A stretch of DNA of 64,000 nucleotides, taken from contig OZ255842.1 of the NCBI GenBank assembly GCA_965277805.1, forward strand, positions 2,144,001 to 2,208,000, given 5' to 3'. Source of the DNA: Candidatus Lustribacter sp. GTDB lineage: Bacteria > Vulcanimicrobiota > Vulcanimicrobiia > Vulcanimicrobiales > Vulcanimicrobiaceae. A model generated the notes under the pieces. It did no database searches. It had not been told where the DNA came from and was given only the letters and a program-made list of their open reading frames with translations. The position numbers were made by a program, and so were the translations under genes. Positions 45,167-53,759 of the stretch are shown here, one piece after another (position 1 is the first letter of the stretch; each line of letters begins with the position of its first letter).

Positions 45167-46698
45167 TTCAAGCCGTCGATCCCGCCACGGGCCAAGCGCT
45201 GGAGCCCCCCTACGCCACCTCGAGCAGCGCCGACGTCGCCGCAGCATGCATCCGCGCAGCGGCGGCGTTCGAGGCCTACCGCGAACTGGCACCCGAAACG
45301 CGCGCAACGTTTCTGGAGACGATCGCGACCGCTCTCGAAGCGCGCGGTGACGACCTCATCGTGCGCGCGATGGCCGAGAGCGGCTTGCCGCGCGCGCGTC
45401 TCGCCGGCGAGCTCGGCCGCACCAGCGGCCAGTTTCGGTTGTTCGCGCGCGTCGTGCGCGAGGGCGCGTGGGCCGGCGTCGTGATGGACAAGCCGCTGCC
45501 CGATCGCCAGCCGCTGCCTCGTCCGGATCTACGTCAGCGCAAAATCGCGCTCGGCCCGGTTGCGGTCTTCGGTGCGTCGAACTTCCCGCTCGCGTTCTCG
45601 GCCGCCGGTGGCGATACGGCATCCGCACTCGCAGCCGGCTGCCCGGTCGTGGTCAAGGGACATCCCGCACATCCCGGTACGTCTGCACTCGCCGGCGACG
45701 CGATCCGTGAAGCCGTCGTAACGTGCAAACTTCCGGACGGCGTCTTCTCGTTGCTGCAGGGCGCATCGAACGAACTCGGCGCAGCTCTCGTCGCGGATCC
45801 GTACATCAAAGCCGTCGGCTTCACCGGCTCGCGCGCCGGCGGCCTCGCTCTCGTCGCCATCGCGCAGCACCGCCCCGAACCGATCCCCGTCTACGCCGAA
45901 ATGTCGAGCGTCAACCCGGTCATCCTGTTACCCGCCGCACTGAACGCACGCGCCGAAGCCATCGCCAAAAGCTACGTCGCCTCCCTCACCGCAGGCGCCG
46001 GCCAATTCTGCACCAACCCCGGCATCGTCTTCGCAATAACGGGCCCACACCTAGACCGCTTCATCACCGCCGCCGCCGAAGCATTAGCCGCGATCCCCCC
46101 GCAAGTAATGCTGACCGCCGCCATCCACGCCAACTACACCACCCGCATCACCAACCTAAAATCAACCCCCGGCACCACCCTCGTGGCCCCCTGTCATCCC
46201 GAGCTTGTCGAGGGACCGCAACTATCTTCATCACAAGCCACACTCGCCGGAGCCGCGCTCTTCACCACCGACGCGCAAAGCTTCCGCGCCAACCCCGAAC
46301 TCGCACACGAAGTCTTCGGCGCCTCATCCCTAATCGTACGCTGCGCAAACCTCGAAGAGATCGCCGCCTGCATCAAAGGCATGGAAGGCCAACTCACTGC
46401 CACGCTCCAGACGGACGAACCCGATTACCCCGCCGCGCGCACGCTGCTCCCGCTCCTGGAACTGAAGGTCGGCCGCATCCTCATCAACGGTTGGCCGACC
46501 GGCGTGGAAGTCTCCCGCGCCATGGTGCACGGCGGCCCCTACCCCGCAACGTCCGACTCGCGCACCACATCCGTCGGCGCCGCCGCCATCGACCGCTTCC
46601 TCCGCATGGTCTGCTACCAAGACGTCCCCGACGACCTATTACCGCCCCCGCTAAAAACCGCCAACCCCTGGAACATCCCGCAAGCAATCTTCGACTAA
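45163..46698 (+). CDS. Aldehyde dehydrogenase, 2,5-dioxovalerate/alpha-ketoglutaric semialdehyde dehydrogenase type
   Basis: FGASNFPLAFS, KGHPAHPGTS, GFTGS, AEMSSVNP, GQFCTNPG, EVFG, HGGPYPATSD; carries an in-frame REP. Confidence 0.94.
   Translation: MIQAVDPATGQALEPPYATSSSADVAAACIRAAAAFEAYRELAPETRATFLETIATALEARGDDLIVRAMAESGLPRARLAGELGRTSGQFRLFARVVREGAWAGVVMDKPLPDRQPLPRPDLRQRKIALGPVAVFGASNFPLAFSAAGGDTASALAAGCPVVVKGHPAHPGTSALAGDAIREAVVTCKLPDGVFSLLQGASNELGAALVADPYIKAVGFTGSRAGGLALVAIAQHRPEPIPVYAEMSSVNPVILLPAALNARAEAIAKSYVASLTAGAGQFCTNPGIVFAITGPHLDRFITAAAEALAAIPPQVMLTAAIHANYTTRITNLKSTPGTTLVAPCHPELVEGPQLSSSQATLAGAALFTTDAQSFRANPELAHEVFGASSLIVRCANLEEIAACIKGMEGQLTATLQTDEPDYPAARTLLPLLELKVGRILINGWPTGVEVSRAMVHGGPYPATSDSRTTSVGAAAIDRFLRMVCYQDVPDDLLPPPLKTANPWNIPQAIFD
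46192..46219 (+). repeat. REP-like palindrome in frame inside the ALDH gene (encodes CHPELVEGP)
   Basis: TGTCATCCCGAGCTTGTCGAGGGACCGC, identical to the core of the 21370 copy. Confidence 0.92.
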
Positions 46699-47297
46699 CC
46701 CTCTTCCGCAAACACCTCAGCGTACGTTTTGCCGTACGGATAAAACTTGTCTTTCTCACCGGCCTTCCAGGCCGCCGCGACGTCCGCTCGCGACAAATCC
46801 CAATCCCACCGGCACGCTTGCAAGACCGCGCGCAAATCTTGCCGCAGATCCTCCACCGTCGGGCGCCCGAAGAACCAGTACCCATTGTAGATCTTGTGCA
46901 CGACGCGATCCGGCGCGCACACGATCGTATGCGGCACCATCGGATTGTGATCCGGGTCGGTGTACTCCGGAATATCCAGATCCTTTTGCACGATCCGCCG
47001 CGGATCCGAAAGAAACGGCCACGGCGCCGCCACCGCGTTCCGGAACTCGTTCGTCTCGAGCAAATTGTCGGTACTGATCGTCACCATCTTGCAGTAACCC
47101 ACGCCGGGCATCATCTCGCGCCACAGCACCGCGAGCCCCTCGTGCTGCCGGCGATCCTTCGGGCAGTAAGAGCCGCGCGAGAGCACGACGATCATGGGGT
47201 CTTGCCCCTGGATCTCCGAGAGCTTCCGGCGCTTCCCGCTGTGATCCGATAACTCGTAGTCGGGCAGTTGCGATCCAGGGACGATATCTGCGCGCAT
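46695..47297 (-). CDS. AhpC/TSA (redoxin) domain protein
   Basis: PDYELSD, RGSYCPKD, TISTD, FLSDP, GRPT; GGAGG RBS before ATG 47297. Confidence 0.85.
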   Translation of the reverse strand: MRADIVPGSQLPDYELSDHSGKRRKLSEIQGQDPMIVVLSRGSYCPKDRRQHEGLAVLWREMMPGVGYCKMVTISTDNLLETNEFRNAVAAPWPFLSDPRRIVQKDLDIPEYTDPDHNPMVPHTIVCAPDRVVHKIYNGYWFFGRPTVEDLRQDLRAVLQACRWDWDLSRADVAAAWKAGEKDKFYPYGKTYAEVFAEEG

Positions 47298-47345
47298 ATG
47301 CGCCTCCAAAAGGGCTCGTACGTCGCCGCGTCGATTCGCCATAGA

Positions 47346-47699
47346 ATGATCGAATCCCAGACTCGCGCGCGGACGCTCCTCCTCGCCCTGGCCTTCACCC
47401 TGGTGACGTTCTTCGCCGGCACGACGGTCGCGCGGGCCCAAGCGAACGGCGAGCTGGCCTCGGTCGACGGCCACGTCACGCAGCTCACGATCAGCAGCAT
47501 CGGCGTCCTCAATCCACAGAGCGGCCGGGTCGTTCACTTTCACCTCGAGCCGTACTTCGAAGACTTCTTTGCGCCGAACGACAAGACCCAAATCGACCGG
47601 GACCGTTTACACGTCGGCTCCCCGGTACGGATCTACTTCAATCCGCGCTTCACGACGCGCCGGGCCGTGCGTGTCGTGATGCTCCGCGAACACCGATGA
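47346..47699 (+). CDS. Hypothetical secreted protein
   Basis: Signal peptide ending ARA; ATGA overlap with the downstream SBP. Confidence 0.7.
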   Translation: MIESQTRARTLLLALAFTLVTFFAGTTVARAQANGELASVDGHVTQLTISSIGVLNPQSGRVVHFHLEPYFEDFFAPNDKTQIDRDRLHVGSPVRIYFNPRFTTRRAVRVVMLREHR

Positions 47700-48631
47700 A
47701 GCTCGCGCTGTCGCTCTTGGCAGTTGCGTTCGCACTCGTCGCGGGTGCCGGCCCGGCCGTCTCGCAGACGCAGCTAACAACGATCCGGGTCGCCTCGACG
47801 CCGATCGACGTCGGCGCGGAAGTCTATTACGCGCAGGCACTCGGCATGTTCAAGCAAGCCGGCCTCGACGTGCAGATTCAAAGCATCGACAACGGCGGCG
47901 CGATCGCGGCGGCGGTTGCGGGCGGTGCTGCCGACATCGGCCAATCGAACGTCGTCTCGATCGCGACCGCGTACCAAAAGAAAATTCCCTTTGTGGCGAT
48001 TGCGCCGGCCGGTGCCTATTCGTCAGACCGGCCCACGACCGTACTCGTCGTACTCGCGAACGCACCGTTCAAGACGGCGAAGGATCTCGAAGGCAAGACG
48101 CTCGTCACCAACGGCTTACTGAACATCGCGCAAATCGGCGGCGACGCCTGGCTCGACAAGAACGGTGCCGACTACAAACTCGTGCACTGGGTCGAGCTTC
48201 CCACGACGGCAACCGCCGAGGCGCTGATCAACCACCGTGCCGACGGTGCGATGCTCTCCGAGCCCTCGCTCAGCGCGGCGCTGGCGCTCGGTAACTTCCG
48301 CATCATGGCAACGCCGTACGACGCAATCGGCAAACACTGGCAAATCGGTGCCTGGTTCGCGACCAAAGACTGGGTTGCTGCGCATCCCGATGCGGCGCGC
48401 AAGTTCGTCGCCGTGATGCAACAAGTCGCTCGCTGGGCGAATACCCATCAAACGGAATCGCTGAAGATTCTTAGCGACGCGTCAAAGACCGACTTCCCGA
48501 AGACGATGCGCCGCGCCACCTACGGCGATCAGCTCGACGCAACGCTGTTCCAGCCGGTAATCGACAACTCAGCCAAATACGGCGCGATCTCCGCAGCCTT
48601 CCCTGCAAGCGAGCTGTTCGCTAAACCGTAG
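47696..48631 (+). CDS. Orphan SsuA/THI5-like ABC substrate-binding protein
   Basis: Signal peptide, GMFKQAGLDV, DLEGKTL, SEP, FQPVID. Confidence 0.9.
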   Translation: MKLALSLLAVAFALVAGAGPAVSQTQLTTIRVASTPIDVGAEVYYAQALGMFKQAGLDVQIQSIDNGGAIAAAVAGGAADIGQSNVVSIATAYQKKIPFVAIAPAGAYSSDRPTTVLVVLANAPFKTAKDLEGKTLVTNGLLNIAQIGGDAWLDKNGADYKLVHWVELPTTATAEALINHRADGAMLSEPSLSAALALGNFRIMATPYDAIGKHWQIGAWFATKDWVAAHPDAARKFVAVMQQVARWANTHQTESLKILSDASKTDFPKTMRRATYGDQLDATLFQPVIDNSAKYGAISAAFPASELFAKP

Positions 48632-49724
48632 GCGCGTTCGGACGTATCGGTCCGACCGGTGCGTGAACCGAAATGATCGAGCGGTCTCCGATCCACAGCG
48701 CCGGCGGAATCCGCCACCAGCGCGCCATGGCATTCAGCGGCAACGCATAACTCCCGCGCAGCGCCGAAAATTCGTTCCACGCGCCCTCGATCTCGCGCAT
48801 GCGCAGCCCCTTTTCCGCCAGCCGCGTATAGACTTGATCGAACTCCGCCCGCTCGATCCCCGGCGCGCCGCTGAGGTCCTGCTCGAAGCCGTAGTAGTGC
48901 GTATAGTCGCTCACGAGGTGGCGTCCCAACCGTGAGAGCATTTTCGCCGCACCATCGTACCCGACGTCGACGGTCGTGATCACGAGCGTGGATGCATCGA
49001 GAAACGCACCGATCGTGCCGACCCACGACTGATAATCGTGCGTCGAGCGAAAGTACGCAAGCACGGGATACGCCAGGTGCGTTTCCATGATGTCCGCGAT
49101 CCACACTTCCGCGCGCGCGAACGAAGCGCCCAAATCGTCGAGCATGTTTAATTCCACGTGCCGCGCCAGAAAGTCGACTCCCGACGGCGGAGCACCTGTG
49201 CGCTCGCGCATCGTGACGATGAACGCCTCGCGCCGCTGAAATGCCGCAAAGATCGAGAACAAAAACGCCGTCACGATGGCGAACGTTCCCAGCCCGAGTG
49301 CTGCGGCAGTGAGCGACATCGCCCGCGCTAACCCGTGTCTCGCCACGATGTCGCCGTAGCCGAGCGTCAGCAGCGACGTCCCGGCATAGTAGATCGCCGT
49401 CCAGAGCGTTGCCGGCTCGGGCCGTAGTTCCCCGCGTAACGCAAAGAAGATCAGTCCGAAGCCGAAGATCAACGCCACGATCCAGAAGACCAGCAACGTC
49501 ACGAGCAAGAGCGGTGCGAAGACGGCGTAGAGCGTCTCGCGCCGCGCTTCGGAGTTCGTGCGCATGCCGATCATGCCGAAGGCCGACCACCCCGTCCGCG
49601 TGATGAGGGCGCTCGGCCGCCAGCCGTAGGTCGGTCGCGGCACGATGACGCTCATGAACACGTCGGAGGCGATGACAAGAACCACGACGACCCCGGCCAG
49701 CCCGGCGACCAGGTCTAGAAGCAC
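48621..49724 (-). CDS. Potassium channel family protein (ion_trans_2)
   Basis: TSLLTLGYGD selectivity filter between two TMs; ETHLAYPVLAYFRS C-terminal domain. Confidence 0.88.
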   Translation of the reverse strand: MLLDLVAGLAGVVVVLVIASDVFMSVIVPRPTYGWRPSALITRTGWSAFGMIGMRTNSEARRETLYAVFAPLLLVTLLVFWIVALIFGFGLIFFALRGELRPEPATLWTAIYYAGTSLLTLGYGDIVARHGLARAMSLTAAALGLGTFAIVTAFLFSIFAAFQRREAFIVTMRERTGAPPSGVDFLARHVELNMLDDLGASFARAEVWIADIMETHLAYPVLAYFRSTHDYQSWVGTIGAFLDASTLVITTVDVGYDGAAKMLSRLGRHLVSDYTHYYGFEQDLSGAPGIERAEFDQVYTRLAEKGLRMREIEGAWNEFSALRGSYALPLNAMARWWRIPPALWIGDRSIISVHAPVGPIRPNAPTV

Positions 49725-49725
49725 G

Positions 49726-50901
49726 CTATTTCGTCGGCGGGTACGATGCGATCTCGATGTTCGCGAACTTGCCGTTGACCAGTTGGGTCCGCCGGATGTA
49801 CATGTTCTCGCGCACTTCGCGCGTCTGCGTATCGATCGAGATCGGACCGCGCGGGCTCTCGATGGTGACGCCGCGCAGCGCGTCGATCGTCTTGACCGGG
49901 TCGATCGCGCCCCGTTGCCCGGCGACGCCGCGGTCGATCAGGGTGAGCGCATCAAACGCTTGCACCGCGATAAACGACGGCGCATCATCGGGAATCGGGT
50001 TGGGAATCAACTGCTTGTAGAGCCGCACGTAGTCGCTGTTCAGCTTCGATTTATGATCGACGGTGTAGTTGGACGCCGTCACGACGTCGAGTGCATCCGG
50101 ACCCTCGGCAGCCATTAACTCTTCGGAAATGAGGTCGGCCGTGCCGACTAGCTTCATGTTCGCCTTCAATCCGTTGGTCGAGAACTGCTTCACGACGTTG
50201 ATCGACGACGGTCCGCCGCCCACGAACGCAAACACCGCATCGGCCTTCGAATCCTTTGCGCGCAGCAAATACGCCGAGAAGTCGGTCGTGTCCAGTGGTA
50301 CCGCCACGCTGCCGACGATCTTTCCGCCTGCATCGTTCATCGCTGAAGTCAGCGCCGCGAGCGTATCCGCGCCGCTCGAGTAGTCAGCTACGATCGCGTA
50401 CACGGACTTGATCCGGTTGCGCACGAGCCAGCGCGCCAGCGGCGGACCGAAGTCCGGCGTCAAGTACGACGTGCGGACGGCATAGGGCGCCTTCCCCATG
50501 ATCCCTGGCGAGGTCGCGTTAATGATGAAGTACGGAATCTTCGCTTGCGTCGAGACCTCGCCCATCGCCACCGCTTCCGGCGTCGACGAGCCGCCGACGA
50601 GCACGTCGATCTTCTCCTGAACGATCAGCTCTTGGGCCAGCCGTCGCGCCGTCTCGGGCGCGTGCGCGTCGTCGCGCTTGATCAGCACGACCGGCCGGCC
50701 ACCGATCATGTTGTGGTGCATCGAGAGCCAGGCGTCGAGCGACGCGTTCACCGAACGGCCGAGCGAGGCGCCCGGGCCGCTGAACGACATGATGACGCCG
50801 ATCTTCAACGGCACGGGGGCTTGCGCCGGCGCTTCGCGCGGTAACAGCGCGGCCACGAAGAGTGCGGTCAACGCCGCTACGGCATAGCGCTTAACCGACA
50901 C
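49726..50901 (-). CDS. Orphan ABC substrate-binding protein (LivK-like, aromatic-acid-binding type)
   Basis: KIGVIMSFSGP, IGGRPV, DFSAYL, ESPRGP; GTG start at 50901. Confidence 0.9.
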   Translation of the reverse strand: MSVKRYAVAALTALFVAALLPREAPAQAPVPLKIGVIMSFSGPGASLGRSVNASLDAWLSMHHNMIGGRPVVLIKRDDAHAPETARRLAQELIVQEKIDVLVGGSSTPEAVAMGEVSTQAKIPYFIINATSPGIMGKAPYAVRTSYLTPDFGPPLARWLVRNRIKSVYAIVADYSSGADTLAALTSAMNDAGGKIVGSVAVPLDTTDFSAYLLRAKDSKADAVFAFVGGGPSSINVVKQFSTNGLKANMKLVGTADLISEELMAAEGPDALDVVTASNYTVDHKSKLNSDYVRLYKQLIPNPIPDDAPSFIAVQAFDALTLIDRGVAGQRGAIDPVKTIDALRGVTIESPRGPISIDTQTREVRENMYIRRTQLVNGKFANIEIASYPPTK

Positions 50902-51373
50902 GGAGCGCCAATTGCGTCTTCTTGCTGGCAATTTTCCAACCCTCAGAAGTTTTCTTGTGAATTTCAACGGTTGGAAATACTGCCACGATCCCCTTCGTCT
51001 GCCCGGGCTTGCCGTCTTTGCCGCGCGCACCCGGAATGACGCACGTCAGGGCGCGCACTTCGGCCGTATCCGCGTCGATGATGTTGACCTCGATATTGTT
51101 CACGAGATGGAACACCATGCGGTCTTCCTGCGGAATCGCCGGGTTCCCGCGTTCCGGCAACTTGTTCACGTGCGCCGCGATCTCTGCGCGCCCCGTAAAC
51201 GCCGACTCATCGCCGTCACGGTACCACATGCCGTCCTCGGCAAAGATTGCGGCGGCTTCATCACCGCGCACGCCGTCGAGCCGGTTGTAGAACCGAATCG
51301 TATTCTGCGCGCACTCCCACTCGATTGCGTGGCGCTCGGCCAGCGTCAAGCTCACGCGATCAACCGGCGGCAA
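50891..51373 (-). CDS. NTF2/SnoaL-like domain protein
   Basis: FYNRLD, IFAEDG, GRAEI, HLVNN, GWKIA. Confidence 0.85.
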   Translation of the reverse strand: MPPVDRVSLTLAERHAIEWECAQNTIRFYNRLDGVRGDEAAAIFAEDGMWYRDGDESAFTGRAEIAAHVNKLPERGNPAIPQEDRMVFHLVNNIEVNIIDADTAEVRALTCVIPGARGKDGKPGQTKGIVAVFPTVEIHKKTSEGWKIASKKTQLALRVG

Positions 51374-52661
51374 CGGCGGCGCGCTCCGCGATCAAATGGA
51401 CGAGATCGGTGTTCGGAATCGATTCCTCAGCCAGCACATCGAACGAGCAGAGCAGCCGGTAGTCGTTCTTGTTCGGATCGCGCAGCACGCCGAGCGGCTC
51501 GCGCCCGGCCTTGACGTCCTCGATCGCCTTGAGCATCAGCTTGCGGGCCGCGAGCAGCGCCACGTCCGTCGTGGCTAGATGCTCGCGCGTCCGGTTCTGA
51601 ATCGGCCCTTGGCTTTCGGTCGCAAACGCATCGTGCGTGTTGAAGTTCGGCCCCATGCCGGTGTAGTTTTGGTTCATCGTGCTGCGGTCTTGCAGATAGC
51701 GATTGGACTTCTTGCGCGCCAAGCGAAACTCCGACTCGTATTCGTTGGAACTCCGGCTGCGCACCACGCGGCTGGTTGAATCCAGCGGCGCGTCGCGGCG
51801 CAATGCGAAGTGCCAGCGCCAATGCGTGTAGTCGTCGATCGGCACGTGCCAGATCCCGATGTGCCCGTCGCCGCCCTGCGGCCCCGCGATCACGGAGAAA
51901 TTCGGCATGCCGAAGATCGTCACGCGCACGTACTTGCGGCCGTCGCCGCCCGAGCGCAATTGGAAGATGCGCATGCCGAAATCCGTATTCTCGGTCTCGA
52001 GGCGTGGCGTTTCTTCGGGCTCGATCAGCGCCTCATCCGTCTCCGGCACGCCGACGCGATGCAAGTTCCCGAACTTCAGTCCCGGTTTGCGATCGGCTTC
52101 AAAAGAACGGTGCAAAAAACCAACGTGCCCCGGATCGTAGTTCCCTTCGTTCGCCTGCAAGTAATTGCAGTCGACGAACACTTTCGCAGCGTGCAGATGC
52201 TCGCCCGGATACGTGAAGAAATCGTAGTTGGGAAACTCGGGCGGCTCGCCCTCACCCATGTATGCGAAAAACGCGCCGGCCTTCTCCACCACCGGATACG
52301 CGCGCTGCCGAACCTTCGACTTGAACGTGCTCTCCTTCGGCTCGGCCGGCTGATCCAAACAGCAGCCCGTCACGTCATACAGCCAGCCGTGGTAAAGACA
52401 GCGCAATCCACCATCTTCAAGCCGCCCGTACGACAGATCGGTGCCGCGATGGCAGCAGTGCCGGTCGAGCAGCCCGAGCCGACCCTGGTCGTCGCGGAAG
52501 AGCACCAGCTCCTCACCCATCACGTCAACCGAAACCGGCGCCCCACCCACCGGCAACTCCGTTGATAGCGCGACCGGTTGCCAATAACTCCGCAACAGCT
52601 TCCCGCCCGGGGTCCCGGCCGAAGTCCGAGTAAGCGCATCATTCTGTTCTTGCGTCAGCAT
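51360..52661 (-). CDS. Rieske non-heme iron oxygenase alpha subunit (phthalate 4,5-dioxygenase/LigX-like)
   Basis: GTPGGKLLRSYWQP, CCHR..CLYHGW, CNYLQANEGNYDPGHVGFLH, HDAFA, EHLATTD. Confidence 0.93.
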   Translation of the reverse strand: MLTQEQNDALTRTSAGTPGGKLLRSYWQPVALSTELPVGGAPVSVDVMGEELVLFRDDQGRLGLLDRHCCHRGTDLSYGRLEDGGLRCLYHGWLYDVTGCCLDQPAEPKESTFKSKVRQRAYPVVEKAGAFFAYMGEGEPPEFPNYDFFTYPGEHLHAAKVFVDCNYLQANEGNYDPGHVGFLHRSFEADRKPGLKFGNLHRVGVPETDEALIEPEETPRLETENTDFGMRIFQLRSGGDGRKYVRVTIFGMPNFSVIAGPQGGDGHIGIWHVPIDDYTHWRWHFALRRDAPLDSTSRVVRSRSSNEYESEFRLARKKSNRYLQDRSTMNQNYTGMGPNFNTHDAFATESQGPIQNRTREHLATTDVALLAARKLMLKAIEDVKAGREPLGVLRDPNKNDYRLLCSFDVLAEESIPNTDLVHLIAERAAVAAG

Positions 52662-52690
52662 CCCGCCGATTTCGATCAACCATTAATCAA

Positions 52691-52777
52691 GTCATCCCGA
52701 GCTCGTCGAGGGACCGCCACCAACCTTTTGTCACCCCGAGCAAAGCGCCGAAGGGCGCGCCGTCGAGGGGCCGCCAC
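52691..52777 (+). repeat. Two tandem REP-like palindromes (short 52691-52720; long 52729-52777)
   Basis: GTCATCCCGAGCTCGTCGAGGGACCGCCAC and TGTCACCCCGAGCAAAGCGCCGAAGGGCGCGCCGTCGAGGGGCCGCCAC in the divergent intergenic region. Confidence 0.9.
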
Positions 52778-52799
52778 CCATCTCGCCAACCACGGCAGC

Positions 52800-53741
52800 A
52801 TGAACCGCGACAAGCTGATCAAGTCAGCCCTCGCCACAGCCGTGGCCGGCGCCGTGCCGCGCATCGCCCGGGCCCAGACGCGCACCCAAATGCACGTCGC
52901 GACGCTCCCAGTGGACGCCGACGCCACCGCCTGGTTCGGCATCGACCAAGGCTTCTTCGCGCAAAACGGCCTCGACGTAACTGTAGAAGTCATCACCAGC
53001 GGAGGCGCGATCGTGGCCGGCGTCGCCGGCGGCGCGCTCGACGTCGGCGTCGCCAGCATCGGCTCGCTCTCCACCGCCCACTCGCACGGCATACCCGTCG
53101 TCGCGCTCGCCCCGGGCGGCCTCTACAACGGCGCCCTTCCCACGAGCGTCCTCGCGGTAGCGCAAAACTCGCCGCTCCGCACCGCCAAGGACCTCACCGG
53201 CAAGATCATCGCAATCCAAACCCTCGGCGAACTCGCATCATTCTCAATCTCATCCTGGATCGACCACAACGGCGGCGACGCCAAATCCGTGAAGTTCGTC
53301 GAAATCCCCACGTCGTCCATGACCGACGCCATAACGAAGGGCCGCGTCGACGCAGCCTTCATCGCCGAGCCGTTCTACTCACTCGGAAAACCCGCCATCC
53401 GTTTCTTCGCGCCGACCTACGACGGCGTGGCAAAACGCTTTCTCATTAGCGCCTGGGTCGCACGCCGCGAATGGATCGCACAAAACCCCGACATCGCCGC
53501 AAAATTCGTCGCCGCGATGCGCACCGCCGCCGTCTGGGGAAACCAAACCGCGAACCTCACGGCATCCGGCGCGATCCTCGGGAAATACACGCACATCGCG
53601 CCCGACACGATCGCCAAAATGCAACGCGCCCAATTCGCAACGCAACTCGATCCTGCGCTCATCCAACCCGTCATCGACGTCTCAGCCCAATTCGGCGTCA
53701 TCCCGAAAGCCTTTCCAGCCTCGGAGATCATCGCCAAATGA
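52800..53741 (+). CDS. Orphan SsuA/THI5-like ABC substrate-binding protein
   Basis: GFFAQNGLDV, DLTGKII, GRVDAAFIAEP, LDPALIQPVID. Confidence 0.9.
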   Translation: MNRDKLIKSALATAVAGAVPRIARAQTRTQMHVATLPVDADATAWFGIDQGFFAQNGLDVTVEVITSGGAIVAGVAGGALDVGVASIGSLSTAHSHGIPVVALAPGGLYNGALPTSVLAVAQNSPLRTAKDLTGKIIAIQTLGELASFSISSWIDHNGGDAKSVKFVEIPTSSMTDAITKGRVDAAFIAEPFYSLGKPAIRFFAPTYDGVAKRFLISAWVARREWIAQNPDIAAKFVAAMRTAAVWGNQTANLTASGAILGKYTHIAPDTIAKMQRAQFATQLDPALIQPVIDVSAQFGVIPKAFPASEIIAK

Positions 53742-53759
53742 ACGTGAGCCACCGGCTCC

